Below are positions 1 to 10,487 of a stretch of 10,487 bases of DNA, in pieces; position 1 is the first letter of the stretch; each line of letters starts with the position of its first letter. Under the pieces are notes generated by a model that had not been told where the DNA came from, ran no database searches, and worked only from the letters and a program-made list of their open reading frames with translations. Origin of the DNA: a virus (lineage: Duplodnaviria; Heunggongvirae; Uroviricota; Caudoviricetes); the IMG/VR virus record IMGVR_UViG_2645727562_000004; one strand, 5' to 3'. Both the position numbers and the translations under genes were made by a program.

Positions 1-500
1 ATACGATCTGCCGTCAGTCCCGCCTGATTGCCGGAAAGGACCAGCGTTTTGTTGAAATCGGACAGGGTTGAGTTGCCCTGATACCAGGCATACGCCAGCG
101 CACCGGTCGCCACCGCCAGCGAGGTGGCCCCCACCATCGGCAGGGTGATCGCACCGGCAAGCCCCCTGAACATGGGGATCATCCCGCCGAAGGAGTCCTT
201 AACCTGACCACCCTGTTGCAGCAGGATCAGCCACGGACTTTGCCCGCCTGCAAGCTGCGTGGCCACGTCGGTGAACTGTGCAGGCAGCATACGCATGGCG
301 GCTTTATACTGCCCGACGGAAATCCCCGCTTTCTGTGCAGCCAGCGCCTGTCGGCTCAGCGACTGTTCAACGACTGCCGCTGTTTTTTTCGCATCAGTTT
401 CCGTACCGGAAAAATGACGCCTGACTCTGGCCATCTGCTCGTCAAATCTGGCCGCATCCAGACTTAAATCAACGACCAGATCGCCTACCGGTTCAGCCAT
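1..500 (-). CDS. H: Tail tape measure protein, N-terminal ~166 codons only; the gene runs off the window start
   Basis: ATG at 500-498 (minus) preceded by GGAGGAG (plus-strand ctcctcc at 507-513). Translation begins MAEPVGD, and the frame read back from position 1 gives ...SDFNKTLVLSGNQAGLTADR, both matching lambda gpH as I recall it. Sits directly after G/T as in lambda. The frame is open to position 1. Confidence 0.9.
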   Translation of the reverse strand, partial: MAEPVGDLVVDLSLDAARFDEQMARVRRHFSGTETDAKKTAAVVEQSLSRQALAAQKAGISVGQYKAAMRMLPAQFTDVATQLAGGQSPWLILLQQGGQVKDSFGGMIPMFRGLAGAITLPMVGATSLAVATGALAYAWYQGNSTLSDFNKTLVLSGNQAGLTADR

Positions 501-933
501 ACCGGACTCCTCCTGCGATCCCTTCTGATACTGTCATCAGCATTACGTCATCCTCCGTCATGTCCGCCACATCCGGGGAAGCGGGGATAACTTCATTCCC
601 GTCCGGGCCAAAGCGGACGCCTCCGGCAAGCCCTGCCGCTTTCTGCATCAGCACATCATCTTCAGGCTCTTCGTCAGCCTCACGCCGGTTCAGCAGACTG
701 AAATCCAGCGGATGCATATCCGGATCGCTGAAAAACAGGCTGAGCACGGTGTACGTCAGCCCGGAAAAGTGCATATCCAGCAGAACATCATGAAAATAAT
801 GGGTACTGTAAAAGCGGTGCCAGTCGGCATACTCCGTGGATGACATCCCGGCAAGCATGGCACGCCAGTCGGGTCGCCCCATCTCACGCGCCAGTTTCAG
901 GGCAAAACTCAGCTCACCGTCGAACACTTTCCC
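493..933 (-). CDS. T: T segment of the G-T tail assembly chaperone fusion, reached by -1 ribosomal frameshift from G; not independently initiated
   Basis: 144-codon open frame (track ORF 493..927, MFDGELSFALKLAREMGRPDW...) in the -1 frame relative to the end of G, entered at the slippery heptamer at 927-933; stop TGA at 493-495. Sequence and length match lambda gpT as I recall it. Confidence 0.85.
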   Translation of the reverse strand, partial: GKVFDGELSFALKLAREMGRPDWRAMLAGMSSTEYADWHRFYSTHYFHDVLLDMHFSGLTYTVLSLFFSDPDMHPLDFSLLNRREADEEPEDDVLMQKAAGLAGGVRFGPDGNEVIPASPDVADMTEDDVMLMTVSEGIAGGVRYG

Positions 934-1332
934 GCAGAAACAGGCTCTGCAGGCCCGGCGTCATCTGCCTGTTCAGGGGCATCATTCACAACAAACTCAG
1001 ACATACCGGACAGACGCAACACCACATTTTCAGCATGAGAAATTGCCTCTGTGGGCCAGGTGGTAAGCACTTCCTGCTCAATCTGTTTAACGGCTTCATT
1101 CATGGAAGGCAGCTTTGTCTTCTGCGGATGGCTATGCCACAGGGACATCGCCACCACAAAAGCACCGGTTCTGACGACATCTTCCACGCTAAACTGCCGA
1201 TTGCAGACTGGACCCCGCCTGTTCTGCCTGCCGTTTCAGCAGGGCGAGATGCTCAATACGCTGCAGGGCTGAAAGTTCAGAAAGCGTGACGCTCACACCG
1301 TTATATTCAAATGATTCGGTTTTCAGGAACAT
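909..1332 (-). pseudogene. G: Tail assembly chaperone G, reading frame interrupted by a net +1 nt indel; N-terminal 47-codon ORF 1189..1332 and C-terminal 92-codon remainder 909..1187 are in different frames
   Basis: ATG at 1332-1330 with upstream GGAG gives MFLKTESFEYNGVSVTLSELSALQRIEHLALLKRQAEQA, then GSSLQSAV and stop TAG at 1189-1191. The C-terminal portion (track ORF 909..1187, EDVVRTGAF...AGPAEPVSAGKCSTVS) is in another frame ending at TGA 909-911. Start to stop spans 424 nt, not divisible by 3. Both halves match lambda gpG (140 aa) as I recall it. Could be a true frameshift or a sequencing error at the CCCC run at 1213-1216. Confidence 0.7.
927..933 (-). promoter_or_regulatory. Programmed -1 frameshift slippery heptamer G GGA AAG (G to G-T recoding site)
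   Basis: Plus strand ctttccc at 927-933 is GGGAAAG on the minus strand, positioned as X XXY YYZ in the G zero frame (codons GCG GGA AAG), 6 codons before the G stop TGA at 909-911. The T frame is open immediately downstream in the -1 frame. Confidence 0.85.
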
Positions 1333-1347
1333 CGCTGACTCTCCGGA

Positions 1348-2088
1348 TTAACTGTCGGTGACAGTGATTTCTGCAACCACAGCAAGTTCACCATTACCGG
1401 ATACAACCGGAATGTTGACCTTGCCTGCAGCAACACCTTTCACGGTGATGGTCATACCACTGACCGACACGGTGGCTTTTGTTTTATCCGCAGACACCGC
1501 ACGGAAGCTCTTGTCGGTTGCGCCTTCCGGCTGGAATGCCACGGTCAGCGTGGTGCTCTGCCCTTTCACCACCGAAGTGCTGGCAGGCGTCACGGTCATG
1601 CCGGTTGCCGCTGTGACCGTGCTGCGATCTTCTGCCATCGACGGACGTCCCACATTGGTGACCTTCACCGTGCGGGTGATCACTTCCTTCGCCGTCACCG
1701 CCTTACCGATACTGCTGACCCAGCCACGGAACACATCGACCGTGCCGTTCGGGAAGCGGATTTTATAGGCACGGGTATCACCTTCATTAAACCACGCCAG
1801 CAGCGCCTGCTGCCCCTGCTCTCCGGGCATCCACGCCAGCGTGAAGCTGGTATCTCCGGCAGATTTCTGCCCCTGCCCGGTCGCAGTCCAGTCCGCATCT
1901 TCATCATCGAGATAGCTGTCGTCATAGGACTCAGCGGTCAGTTCGCCGGGCGTCAGGTCTTTAACTTTAGCCAGACGCGACCAGTCAACGTCTGAAAGCG
2001 GATTCGCATAAGGGTCACCGCTCCCCTTATAAACCCACAGGGTGGTCCCGGCACCTTTCACCGGCATTACAGGATTTGGTACAGGCAT
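1348..2088 (-). CDS. V: Major tail tube protein (246 aa) with a C-terminal Ig-like domain
   Basis: ATG at 2088-2086 with upstream GAGGA; translation [36 protein letters not shown]... ends ...AEITVTDS with TAA at 1348-1350. Matches lambda gpV in length and sequence as I recall it. The track ORF (256 aa, from 2118) carries a spurious 10-codon N-terminal extension that overlaps U. Confidence 0.93.
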   Translation of the reverse strand: MPVPNPVMPVKGAGTTLWVYKGSGDPYANPLSDVDWSRLAKVKDLTPGELTAESYDDSYLDDEDADWTATGQGQKSAGDTSFTLAWMPGEQGQQALLAWFNEGDTRAYKIRFPNGTVDVFRGWVSSIGKAVTAKEVITRTVKVTNVGRPSMAEDRSTVTAATGMTVTPASTSVVKGQSTTLTVAFQPEGATDKSFRAVSADKTKATVSVSGMTITVKGVAAGKVNIPVVSGNGELAVVAEITVTDS

Positions 2089-2095
2089 AGCGTCC

Positions 2096-2491
2096 TCACA
2101 TTTCATAGGTAATGACATAAGTCAGATCGGCTGAACTCCACAGGCCCGCATCATCGTCGCGCCGGTAGTCATAGCCACTGGCCACCATACTGGTGATCAA
2201 ATCTGACAGTGCCGGGACATCGCTCATCACCGGATAAATCCGGGACTCCATCCACGAATCCAGCTCTGAATCCGGCACCTGAGCAGGCAGGAAAACTTCA
2301 ATATGCAGCTCCGCCTGCCAGGTATCACTGTCCAGCTCTTCGCCCGTGTATTCAGCGCCGGTGAGATAAACGGCAATTGCCGGAAAATCCGCCTCATCAA
2401 AAACAGCGGGGCGACCATCAAAAAGCGTCGCCCCGGTGTCATGCTTCTCCAGTGCATCCAGTACGGCTGCACGGAGTTCAGTATGTTTCAT
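2096..2491 (-). CDS. U: Tail terminator / tail completion protein (131 aa)
   Basis: ATG at 2491-2489 overlapping the Z stop as ATGA; translation [38 protein letters not shown]... matches lambda gpU as I recall it; stop TGA at 2096-2098. Confidence 0.93.
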   Translation of the reverse strand: MKHTELRAAVLDALEKHDTGATLFDGRPAVFDEADFPAIAVYLTGAEYTGEELDSDTWQAELHIEVFLPAQVPDSELDSWMESRIYPVMSDVPALSDLITSMVASGYDYRRDDDAGLWSSADLTYVITYEM

Positions 2492-3066
2492 CGCTTTATT
2501 ACCATTCTCAGTTGATGCTGCAGCGCATAGCCCAGCTCTTTCGGAAGACGCTCACGCCGTATCCGCTCAATATTCTGTTTAAACGCCGTGGTAAGCGGCA
2601 CCGCCATCGGGATTTTCACCACATCAATGGGGTAACGGTTTTTCCCGGCCACACGCTGCATAACATGCCACCGGCCATTTTTCAGTTGCTGAATAAACGC
2701 GCCGGAAATACGACGGTTTCCCACCACAAGCACGCTACCGCCACCTTTCAGGGATGAACGCTGCCCCTTTTTACGACGCCTGCGGCGGGAAAGGACAACC
2801 CGCGCATTACCCAGCCTGATTACGGGCAAATCCCCCCGGTTAACCCTGATTCTGGCCTGCGGATTTTTGACCGTGGCCCTTTTCAGCCTGGCCCTTTCCT
2901 TTACCAGTTTCCGACGTACCTTTGTCTCACGGGCAACCTGTGACGCAGACTGCGATATCGCGGATGAAGCAACGCGGTTAATGGCCATTGCGGCGGCACC
3001 AGGCACCGCCGTTTTGCTGATACGGCTGAGGTTTTCAACGGCCTGCTCAAGACCTTTTATGGCCAT
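2488..3066 (-). CDS. Z: Tail completion protein (192 aa), basic/arginine-rich
   Basis: ATG at 3066-3064; translation MAIKGLEQAVENLSRISKTAVPGAAAMAINRVASSAISQ... matches lambda gpZ as I recall it; stop TGA at 2488-2490 overlapping the U start. Confidence 0.93.
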   Translation of the reverse strand: MAIKGLEQAVENLSRISKTAVPGAAAMAINRVASSAISQSASQVARETKVRRKLVKERARLKRATVKNPQARIRVNRGDLPVIRLGNARVVLSRRRRRKKGQRSSLKGGGSVLVVGNRRISGAFIQQLKNGRWHVMQRVAGKNRYPIDVVKIPMAVPLTTAFKQNIERIRRERLPKELGYALQHQLRMVIKR

Positions 3067-3077
3067 ACATCCCCCTT

Positions 3078-3431
3078 TCAGCGGCGACGGTTAACGGCAG
3101 GCGGCACCCCACGCCCAAGCCAGAGATGACAGCTTCCGCCATCATCCGGCGAAACCCGATCCACCCAGAAGTTTTCCTCACCGATGGTCAGCGTGTCGCC
3201 ACGCCGCAGCTGCCGCACATCATCAGTCCGGACAAACAGGGACGGGCTGGAGCCTTCAACGCGCACCCCCTGTCCGGCATAGCTGATATTTTCAGGGTCA
3301 TCAAAAACACCACGTATCACAGCACCGGACAGCTCACCGGATGTCATGGTGGCTGACGTTCCCATGTACCCGCGTATCGTTTCATCGGCGCAGGCAATGG
3401 CAGCATCGAACAGGTTATCGAAATCAGCCAC
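3078..3431 (-). CDS. FII: Head-tail joining / head completion protein (117 aa)
   Basis: GTG start at 3431-3429 preceded by GGGAGG; translation (M)ADFDNLFDAAIACADETIRGYMGTSATMTSGE... matches lambda gpFII as I recall it; stop TGA at 3078-3080. Confidence 0.92.
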   Translation of the reverse strand: MADFDNLFDAAIACADETIRGYMGTSATMTSGELSGAVIRGVFDDPENISYAGQGVRVEGSSPSLFVRTDDVRQLRRGDTLTIGEENFWVDRVSPDDGGSCHLWLGRGVPPAVNRRR

Positions 3432-3442
3432 AGCGCCTCCCG

Positions 3443-3838
3443 TTATTGCATTCTGGCCAGGCCACGCTCTGTCATTTCAGCTGCCACACCGGCAGAGACA
3501 CGAAACGCCGTTCCCGGCAGCACAAATGCCACAGCCTCATCCCGCGTGGCGTGAAGTGCATCAGTATGCAGCGTCACCAGTGCCACAACCGTGACCAGAG
3601 CAGCCGTATCAATCACGGTATCCGGCTGCGCTGATACAACCTCATTTTCATGTCCGGTCAGCGCATTTTCCGGGCTGACAGATGTGTCCTGACCGGCAGC
3701 GTCATCCGTGTCATCAAGCTCCTCTTCCAGCTCTGCCACACGGAGCACCAGTTCTTCTTTCGTCCCCGTCAGGCTGACATCACGGTTCAGTTGCTCACCC
3801 AGCACCTGAAGACGGGCAATCAGTTCATCTTTCGTCAT
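3443..3838 (-). CDS. FI: DNA packaging / head assembly accessory protein (131 aa)
   Basis: ATG at 3838-3836 preceded by GGAGGAG (plus 3843-3849 ctcctcc); translation MTKDELIARLQVLGEQLNRDVSLTGTKEEL... matches lambda gpFI as I recall it; stop TAA at 3443-3445. The track ORF start at 3877 lies inside the upstream hairpin and is rejected. Confidence 0.9.
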   Translation of the reverse strand: MTKDELIARLQVLGEQLNRDVSLTGTKEELVLRVAELEEELDDTDDAAGQDTSVSPENALTGHENEVVSAQPDTVIDTAALVTVVALVTLHTDALHATRDEAVAFVLPGTAFRVSAGVAAEMTERGLARMQ

Positions 3839-3859
3839 GGACTCCTCCACAGAGAGAAA

Positions 3860-3877
3860 ATGGCCCCGAAGGGCCAT
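3860..3877 (-). terminator. 7-bp stem with UUCG tetraloop followed by a U-rich tract, immediately after the E stop; intrinsic-terminator-like or mRNA-stabilising hairpin
   Basis: mRNA sense (minus strand): UAA UC AUGGCCC UUCG GGGCCAU UUUCUCUCU GUGGAGGAG UCC AUG(FI). Perfect 7-bp stem AUGGCCC/GGGCCAU with UUCG loop; plus strand atggccccgaagggccat at 3860-3877. Confidence 0.45.
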
Positions 3878-3879
3878 GA

Positions 3880-4905
3880 TTACGCCAGTTGTACGGACAC
3901 GAACGCATCAGGATCAGCCAGCAGCATCAGCGGTGCTGACTGAATCATGGTGAACTCACGCGCCGGATCGCCGGTGGTCACCCAGTTTTTCGGGTAGCGG
4001 GCAGAGGCGTTAATACCTTCGCGCTGTGCGTCCGCATCCTGAATGCAGCCATAGGTGCGCAGACCGCGTGCCTGAGTGTTCCCCAGCACCATCGTGTTGT
4101 CCGGCAGGAAGTTCTTTTTGACGTCGTTTTCCACGTACTGTCCGGAATACACGACGATCGCCGTATCGCCATACATCCCCTTATAGGACACCGCTTCGCC
4201 CAGGTCTTTTACCGCTGTCTCCAGCTCGGAATGAGAGCCGCGACGGGTATCCAGCTTCTCCTTGACGGCTTTGAAGGAACGGAACAGCGCCCAGCCTTTC
4301 GGATCAAACACGATGATATTCACCACGCCGCTGGCGTTCAGCGCGTAGGCTTCGATATCGTCGGTCGGGTCATACGTGGACTTGTCACGCTTGCTCCACT
4401 CCGTACCGCCGGACTGCGTGATGTTGTTCGCCACACTGCGGCCCATATCCACCTCAACCGGATCGAAGGCTTCACCGGTCATGGTGTATTTGCCCTTAAG
4501 CACGGCAGAAACGGCCTGCATCTCTTCGACCTGAGCAATGGCCAACTCTTCGTCACGCATGTTCTGCAGGATGATGCGACGGCGGCGGTAAGCCGGGTCC
4601 GCCAGATTCTGCGGATCTTCATCCGGCAGGCGACGCAGGGTCATCTGCGGATTCACTTCATGCTTGGGTTTGACATATCCCGGCGTAAATTCAGAGGTGG
4701 AGCCGCCACGGGAACGGATAACCTCACCGGAAACAATCGGCGAAACGTACAGCGCCATGTTTACCAGTCCCGGAATTTGTGAGAGATAGACTTTCTCCGT
4801 AGTGAAGGGATAGCTCTCACGGAAAAAGAGACGCAGAAACAGCGGATCAAACTTAAATTTCTGCTCATTTGCCGCCAGCAGCTGGGCGGTTGTGTACATC
4901 GACAT
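3880..4905 (-). CDS. E: Major capsid protein (341 aa)
   Basis: ATG at 4905-4903; translation MSMYTTAQLLAANEQKFKFDPLFLRLFFRESYPFTTEKVYLSQIPGLVNMALYVSPIVSGE... ends ...DAFVSVQLA with TAA at 3880-3882. Matches lambda gpE in length and sequence as I recall it. The track ORF (350 aa) has a spurious 9-codon upstream extension across the U-tract/hairpin region. Confidence 0.95.
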   Translation of the reverse strand: MSMYTTAQLLAANEQKFKFDPLFLRLFFRESYPFTTEKVYLSQIPGLVNMALYVSPIVSGEVIRSRGGSTSEFTPGYVKPKHEVNPQMTLRRLPDEDPQNLADPAYRRRRIILQNMRDEELAIAQVEEMQAVSAVLKGKYTMTGEAFDPVEVDMGRSVANNITQSGGTEWSKRDKSTYDPTDDIEAYALNASGVVNIIVFDPKGWALFRSFKAVKEKLDTRRGSHSELETAVKDLGEAVSYKGMYGDTAIVVYSGQYVENDVKKNFLPDNTMVLGNTQARGLRTYGCIQDADAQREGINASARYPKNWVTTGDPAREFTMIQSAPLMLLADPDAFVSVQLA

Positions 4906-4918
4906 AAAAAAATCCCGT

Positions 4919-4940
4919 AAAAAAAGCCGCACAGGCGGCC
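4919..4940 (-). terminator. GC stem-loop followed by U7, lying between two U7 tracts in the D-E intergenic region; intrinsic-terminator-like element just upstream of the E start
   Basis: mRNA sense (minus strand): UAA(D stop)...CACUAAAG GCCGC CUGU GCGGC UUUUUUU ACGGGA UUUUUUU AUG(E). Stem GCCGC/GCGGC (plus 4926-4939), U7 at 4919-4925 and a second U7 at 4906-4912 abutting the E ATG. Confidence 0.45.
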
Positions 4941-4960
4941 TTTAGTGATGAAGGGTAAAG

Positions 4961-5293
4961 TTAAACGATGCTGATTGCCGTTCCGGCAAACGCGGTCCGT
5001 TTTTTCGTCTCATCGCTGGCAGCCTCCGGCCAGAGCACATCCTCATAACGGAACGTGCCGGACTTGTAGAACGTCAGCGTGGTGCTGGTCTGGTCAGCAG
5101 CAACCGCAAGAATGCCAACGGCAGCACCGTCGGTGGTGCCATCCCACGCAACCAGCTTACGGGTGGCGGTGTCCAGCATCAGAGGGGTCATTGCAGGCGC
5201 TTTCGCACTCAATCCGCCGGGCGCGGTTGCGGTATGAGCCGGGTCACTATTGCCCAGCGGCTGGTAATGGGTAAAGGTTTCTTTGCTCGTCAT
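4961..5293 (-). CDS. D: Head decoration / capsid stabilisation protein (110 aa)
   Basis: ATG at 5293-5291 with upstream AAGGGA; translation [42 protein letters not shown]... matches lambda gpD as I recall it; stop TAA at 4961-4963. The track ORF starts two codons earlier (MFM...). Confidence 0.93.
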   Translation of the reverse strand: MTSKETFTHYQPLGNSDPAHTATAPGGLSAKAPAMTPLMLDTATRKLVAWDGTTDGAAVGILAVAADQTSTTLTFYKSGTFRYEDVLWPEAASDETKKRTAFAGTAISIV

Positions 5294-5302
5294 AAACATC
5301 CC

Positions 5303-5908
5303 TTACACTGGTGTGTTCAGCAAATCGTTAACGGCATCAGATGCCGGGTTACCTGCAGCCAGCGGTGCCGGGGCACCCTGCATCAGACGATCCAGCGCAG
5401 TGTCACTGCGCGCCTGTGCACTCTGTGGTGCTGCGGCCAGAATACGGCGGGCCGTTTCCACGGTCATACCGGGGGTTTCTGCCAGCACGCGTGCCTGTTC
5501 TTCGCGTCCGTGAGCCTCCTCACAGTTGAGGATCCCCATAATGCGGCTGTTTTCTGCCGCAACCGCTGCGGTGATCTGCGCGTTCACGTCCGGCTGCGCC
5601 GCGCTGGCGTTCTCGCCCTCCGTCGCTGGCACCACGTCAGTAACGTCAGCCTGCGAAGCAGTGGCTGAAACAGTTGTTGATTGAGTCTCTTTGGTCATTC
5701 GCCCTCCTGAGAGACGGGATTTACGTGCATCCAGTGCATCACGCATGACGGTGATCGCATCGGTGCTGTTAACAAGTTCATCAGCCAGTCCGGCATCAAT
5801 GGCCTCCTGACCGCTGTACACTGCAGCCTCGGTATCCAGCACAGCCTGCACGGACAGGCCGGTATATGCCGACACCTTCTGCGCAAACATCTGGCGGGTT
5901 GCGTCCAT
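5303..5908 (-). CDS. nu3: Capsid scaffolding protein (201 aa), nested in-frame within the 3' third of C
   Basis: Internal in-frame ATG at 5908-5906 (C codon 239, MDATRQMFAQKVSAYTGLSV...) sharing the C stop at 5303-5305; start position and 201-codon length match lambda Nu3 as I recall it. The acidic, Ala/Gln-rich C-terminal region is typical of scaffolding proteins. Confidence 0.8.
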   Translation of the reverse strand: MDATRQMFAQKVSAYTGLSVQAVLDTEAAVYSGQEAIDAGLADELVNSTDAITVMRDALDARKSRLSGGRMTKETQSTTVSATASQADVTDVVPATEGENASAAQPDVNAQITAAVAAENSRIMGILNCEEAHGREEQARVLAETPGMTVETARRILAAAPQSAQARSDTALDRLMQGAPAPLAAGNPASDAVNDLLNTPV

Positions 5909-6602
5909 CCGGGACTGCAGTGTCTCCCGGACGTCATCCGGAAGATGGCTGTAGGGGTTGCCATCCACCTTATGGCTGCCGCTGTAAATCAGCGTGATTT
6001 CCACACCCTGTTTCTCCAGCGCAGCACCGTAATTACTGTGAGCCATCATGACGCCGATGGAGCCTGTCCGGGCGGTCTGCGTGACCAGACGCCGGGAGGC
6101 GGCACTGGCAAGCAACTGACCTGCACTGCAGTTCATGTCGTTGGCAAGCGCCCATACCGGTTTTATGTCACGCACACGGGCGATGATGTCAGCGCAGTCA
6201 AATGCCCCCGCCACCATCCCGCCGGGCGTGTCCATATCCAGCAGAATGCCGTCCACCATCGGATCGCTGGCAGCCTGTTGCAGACGGGCGATAATGCCGT
6301 TGTAACCGGTCATCCCCGAGTACGGCTGCAGCGCCCGCGTCCGGCTGACCAGCGTGCCGGACACCGGCAGCACGGCGATGCCGTTCATGACCTGATAACT
6401 GCGGGCCTGTCGTGGTCCGTCATCATCACCGGATAATGCCAGCGTCGCGAGTGCCTCCTGGGCAGTCAGGCTGTCGCCGGACACCGCATCCGTCAGGCGG
6501 CTGATCCCAAGCTGGCCTGCAAGCGCACAAAAGAAAACCCGCGCATAGGCGGGTTCAAGCATCAGCGGCTCATTAAAGGCCATGCTGGCAATATGCGGGA
6601 GA

Positions 6603-6622
<20 letters not shown>
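5303..6622 (-). CDS. C: Prohead (capsid maturation) protease / minor capsid protein C (439 aa)
   Basis: GTG start at 6622-6620 preceded by a strong SD GGAGGAG (plus 6627-6633); translation (M)TAELRNLPHIASMAFNEPLMLEPAYARVFFCALAGQ... matches lambda gpC as I recall it; stop TAA at 5303-5305. Start overlaps the 3' end of B by 20 nt. The track's 484-aa ORF is an in-frame upstream extension into B and is rejected. Confidence 0.9.
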
Positions 6623-10303
<3,681 letters not shown>

Positions 10304-10329
<26 letters not shown>

Positions 10330-10487
10330 TCAGCAACCCCGGTATCAGTTCATCCAGCGCGGCTGCTTTGTTCATGGCTTTGATGATATCCCGTTTCAGG
10401 AAATCAACATGTCGGTTTTCCAGTTCCGGAAAACGCCGCTGCACCGACAGGGGGATCCCGTCGAGAATACTGGCAATTTCACCTGCG
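10304..10487 (-). CDS. nu1: Terminase small subunit, C-terminal ~61 codons only; the gene starts beyond the window end
   Basis: Frame ending ...KAMNKAAALDELIPGLLSEYIEQSG with TAA at 10304-10306 matches the lambda Nu1 C-terminus as I recall it; overlaps the A start by 26 nt. The frame is open to the window end. Confidence 0.85.

Noticed and set aside
493-927. T as an independent gene initiating at the GTG at 927-925
   Set aside because: That GTG lies inside the slippery heptamer with no ribosome-binding site. In this phage family T is made only as a G-T fusion by -1 frameshifting.
1189-1332. The 47-codon N-terminal G fragment as a distinct small protein gene
   Set aside because: Its first 39 residues match the gpG N-terminus and the remainder of G follows in another frame, so it is a truncated fragment of G, not a separate gene.
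3443-3838. FI appears one codon (3 nt) shorter than my recollection of lambda FI
   Set aside because: It is an in-frame length difference in a protein whose central region is a flexible linker, and it rests on remembered reference coordinates. It cannot be treated as significant without an alignment.
3839-4932. Upstream-extended starts for E (4932), FI (3877), V (2118) and D (5299) given by the ORF track
   Set aside because: The extensions begin inside upstream hairpins, U tracts or neighbouring genes and add residues absent from the conserved proteins. The internal ATGs at 4905, 3838, 2088 and 5293 give the expected lengths and have Shine-Dalgarno sequences or coupling contexts.

Overview
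The whole window is one co-directional gene block on the minus strand: the late morphogenetic (DNA packaging, head, proximal tail) operon of a lambda-like siphovirus, either a phage genome or a lambdoid prophage in an enterobacterial host. Gene order read on the minus strand (window end to window start) is nu1 (partial) - A - W - B - C/nu3 - D - E - FI - FII - Z - U - V - G - T - H (partial). Every product matches what I recall of the phage lambda proteins in length and near-identical sequence, so gene names are assigned by recognition of the translations, not by any search. Coding density is about 97 percent, with 4-nt ATGA overlaps or gaps under 60 nt between genes, leaving no room for an inserted cargo gene. 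I see no tRNA, rRNA, CRISPR array, IS element or cos site, and no evidence of a new system; the plus-strand ORFs in the track are antisense artefacts of GC-rich coding DNA. The one real anomaly is in G: start and stop are 424 nt apart, not a multiple of 3, so the tail assembly chaperone frame is broken by a net +1 nt change about 40 codons in. Other points worth a look are the intact GGGAAAG G-T slippery site, two terminator-like hairpins flanking the major capsid gene E, and the nested C/nu3 pair.
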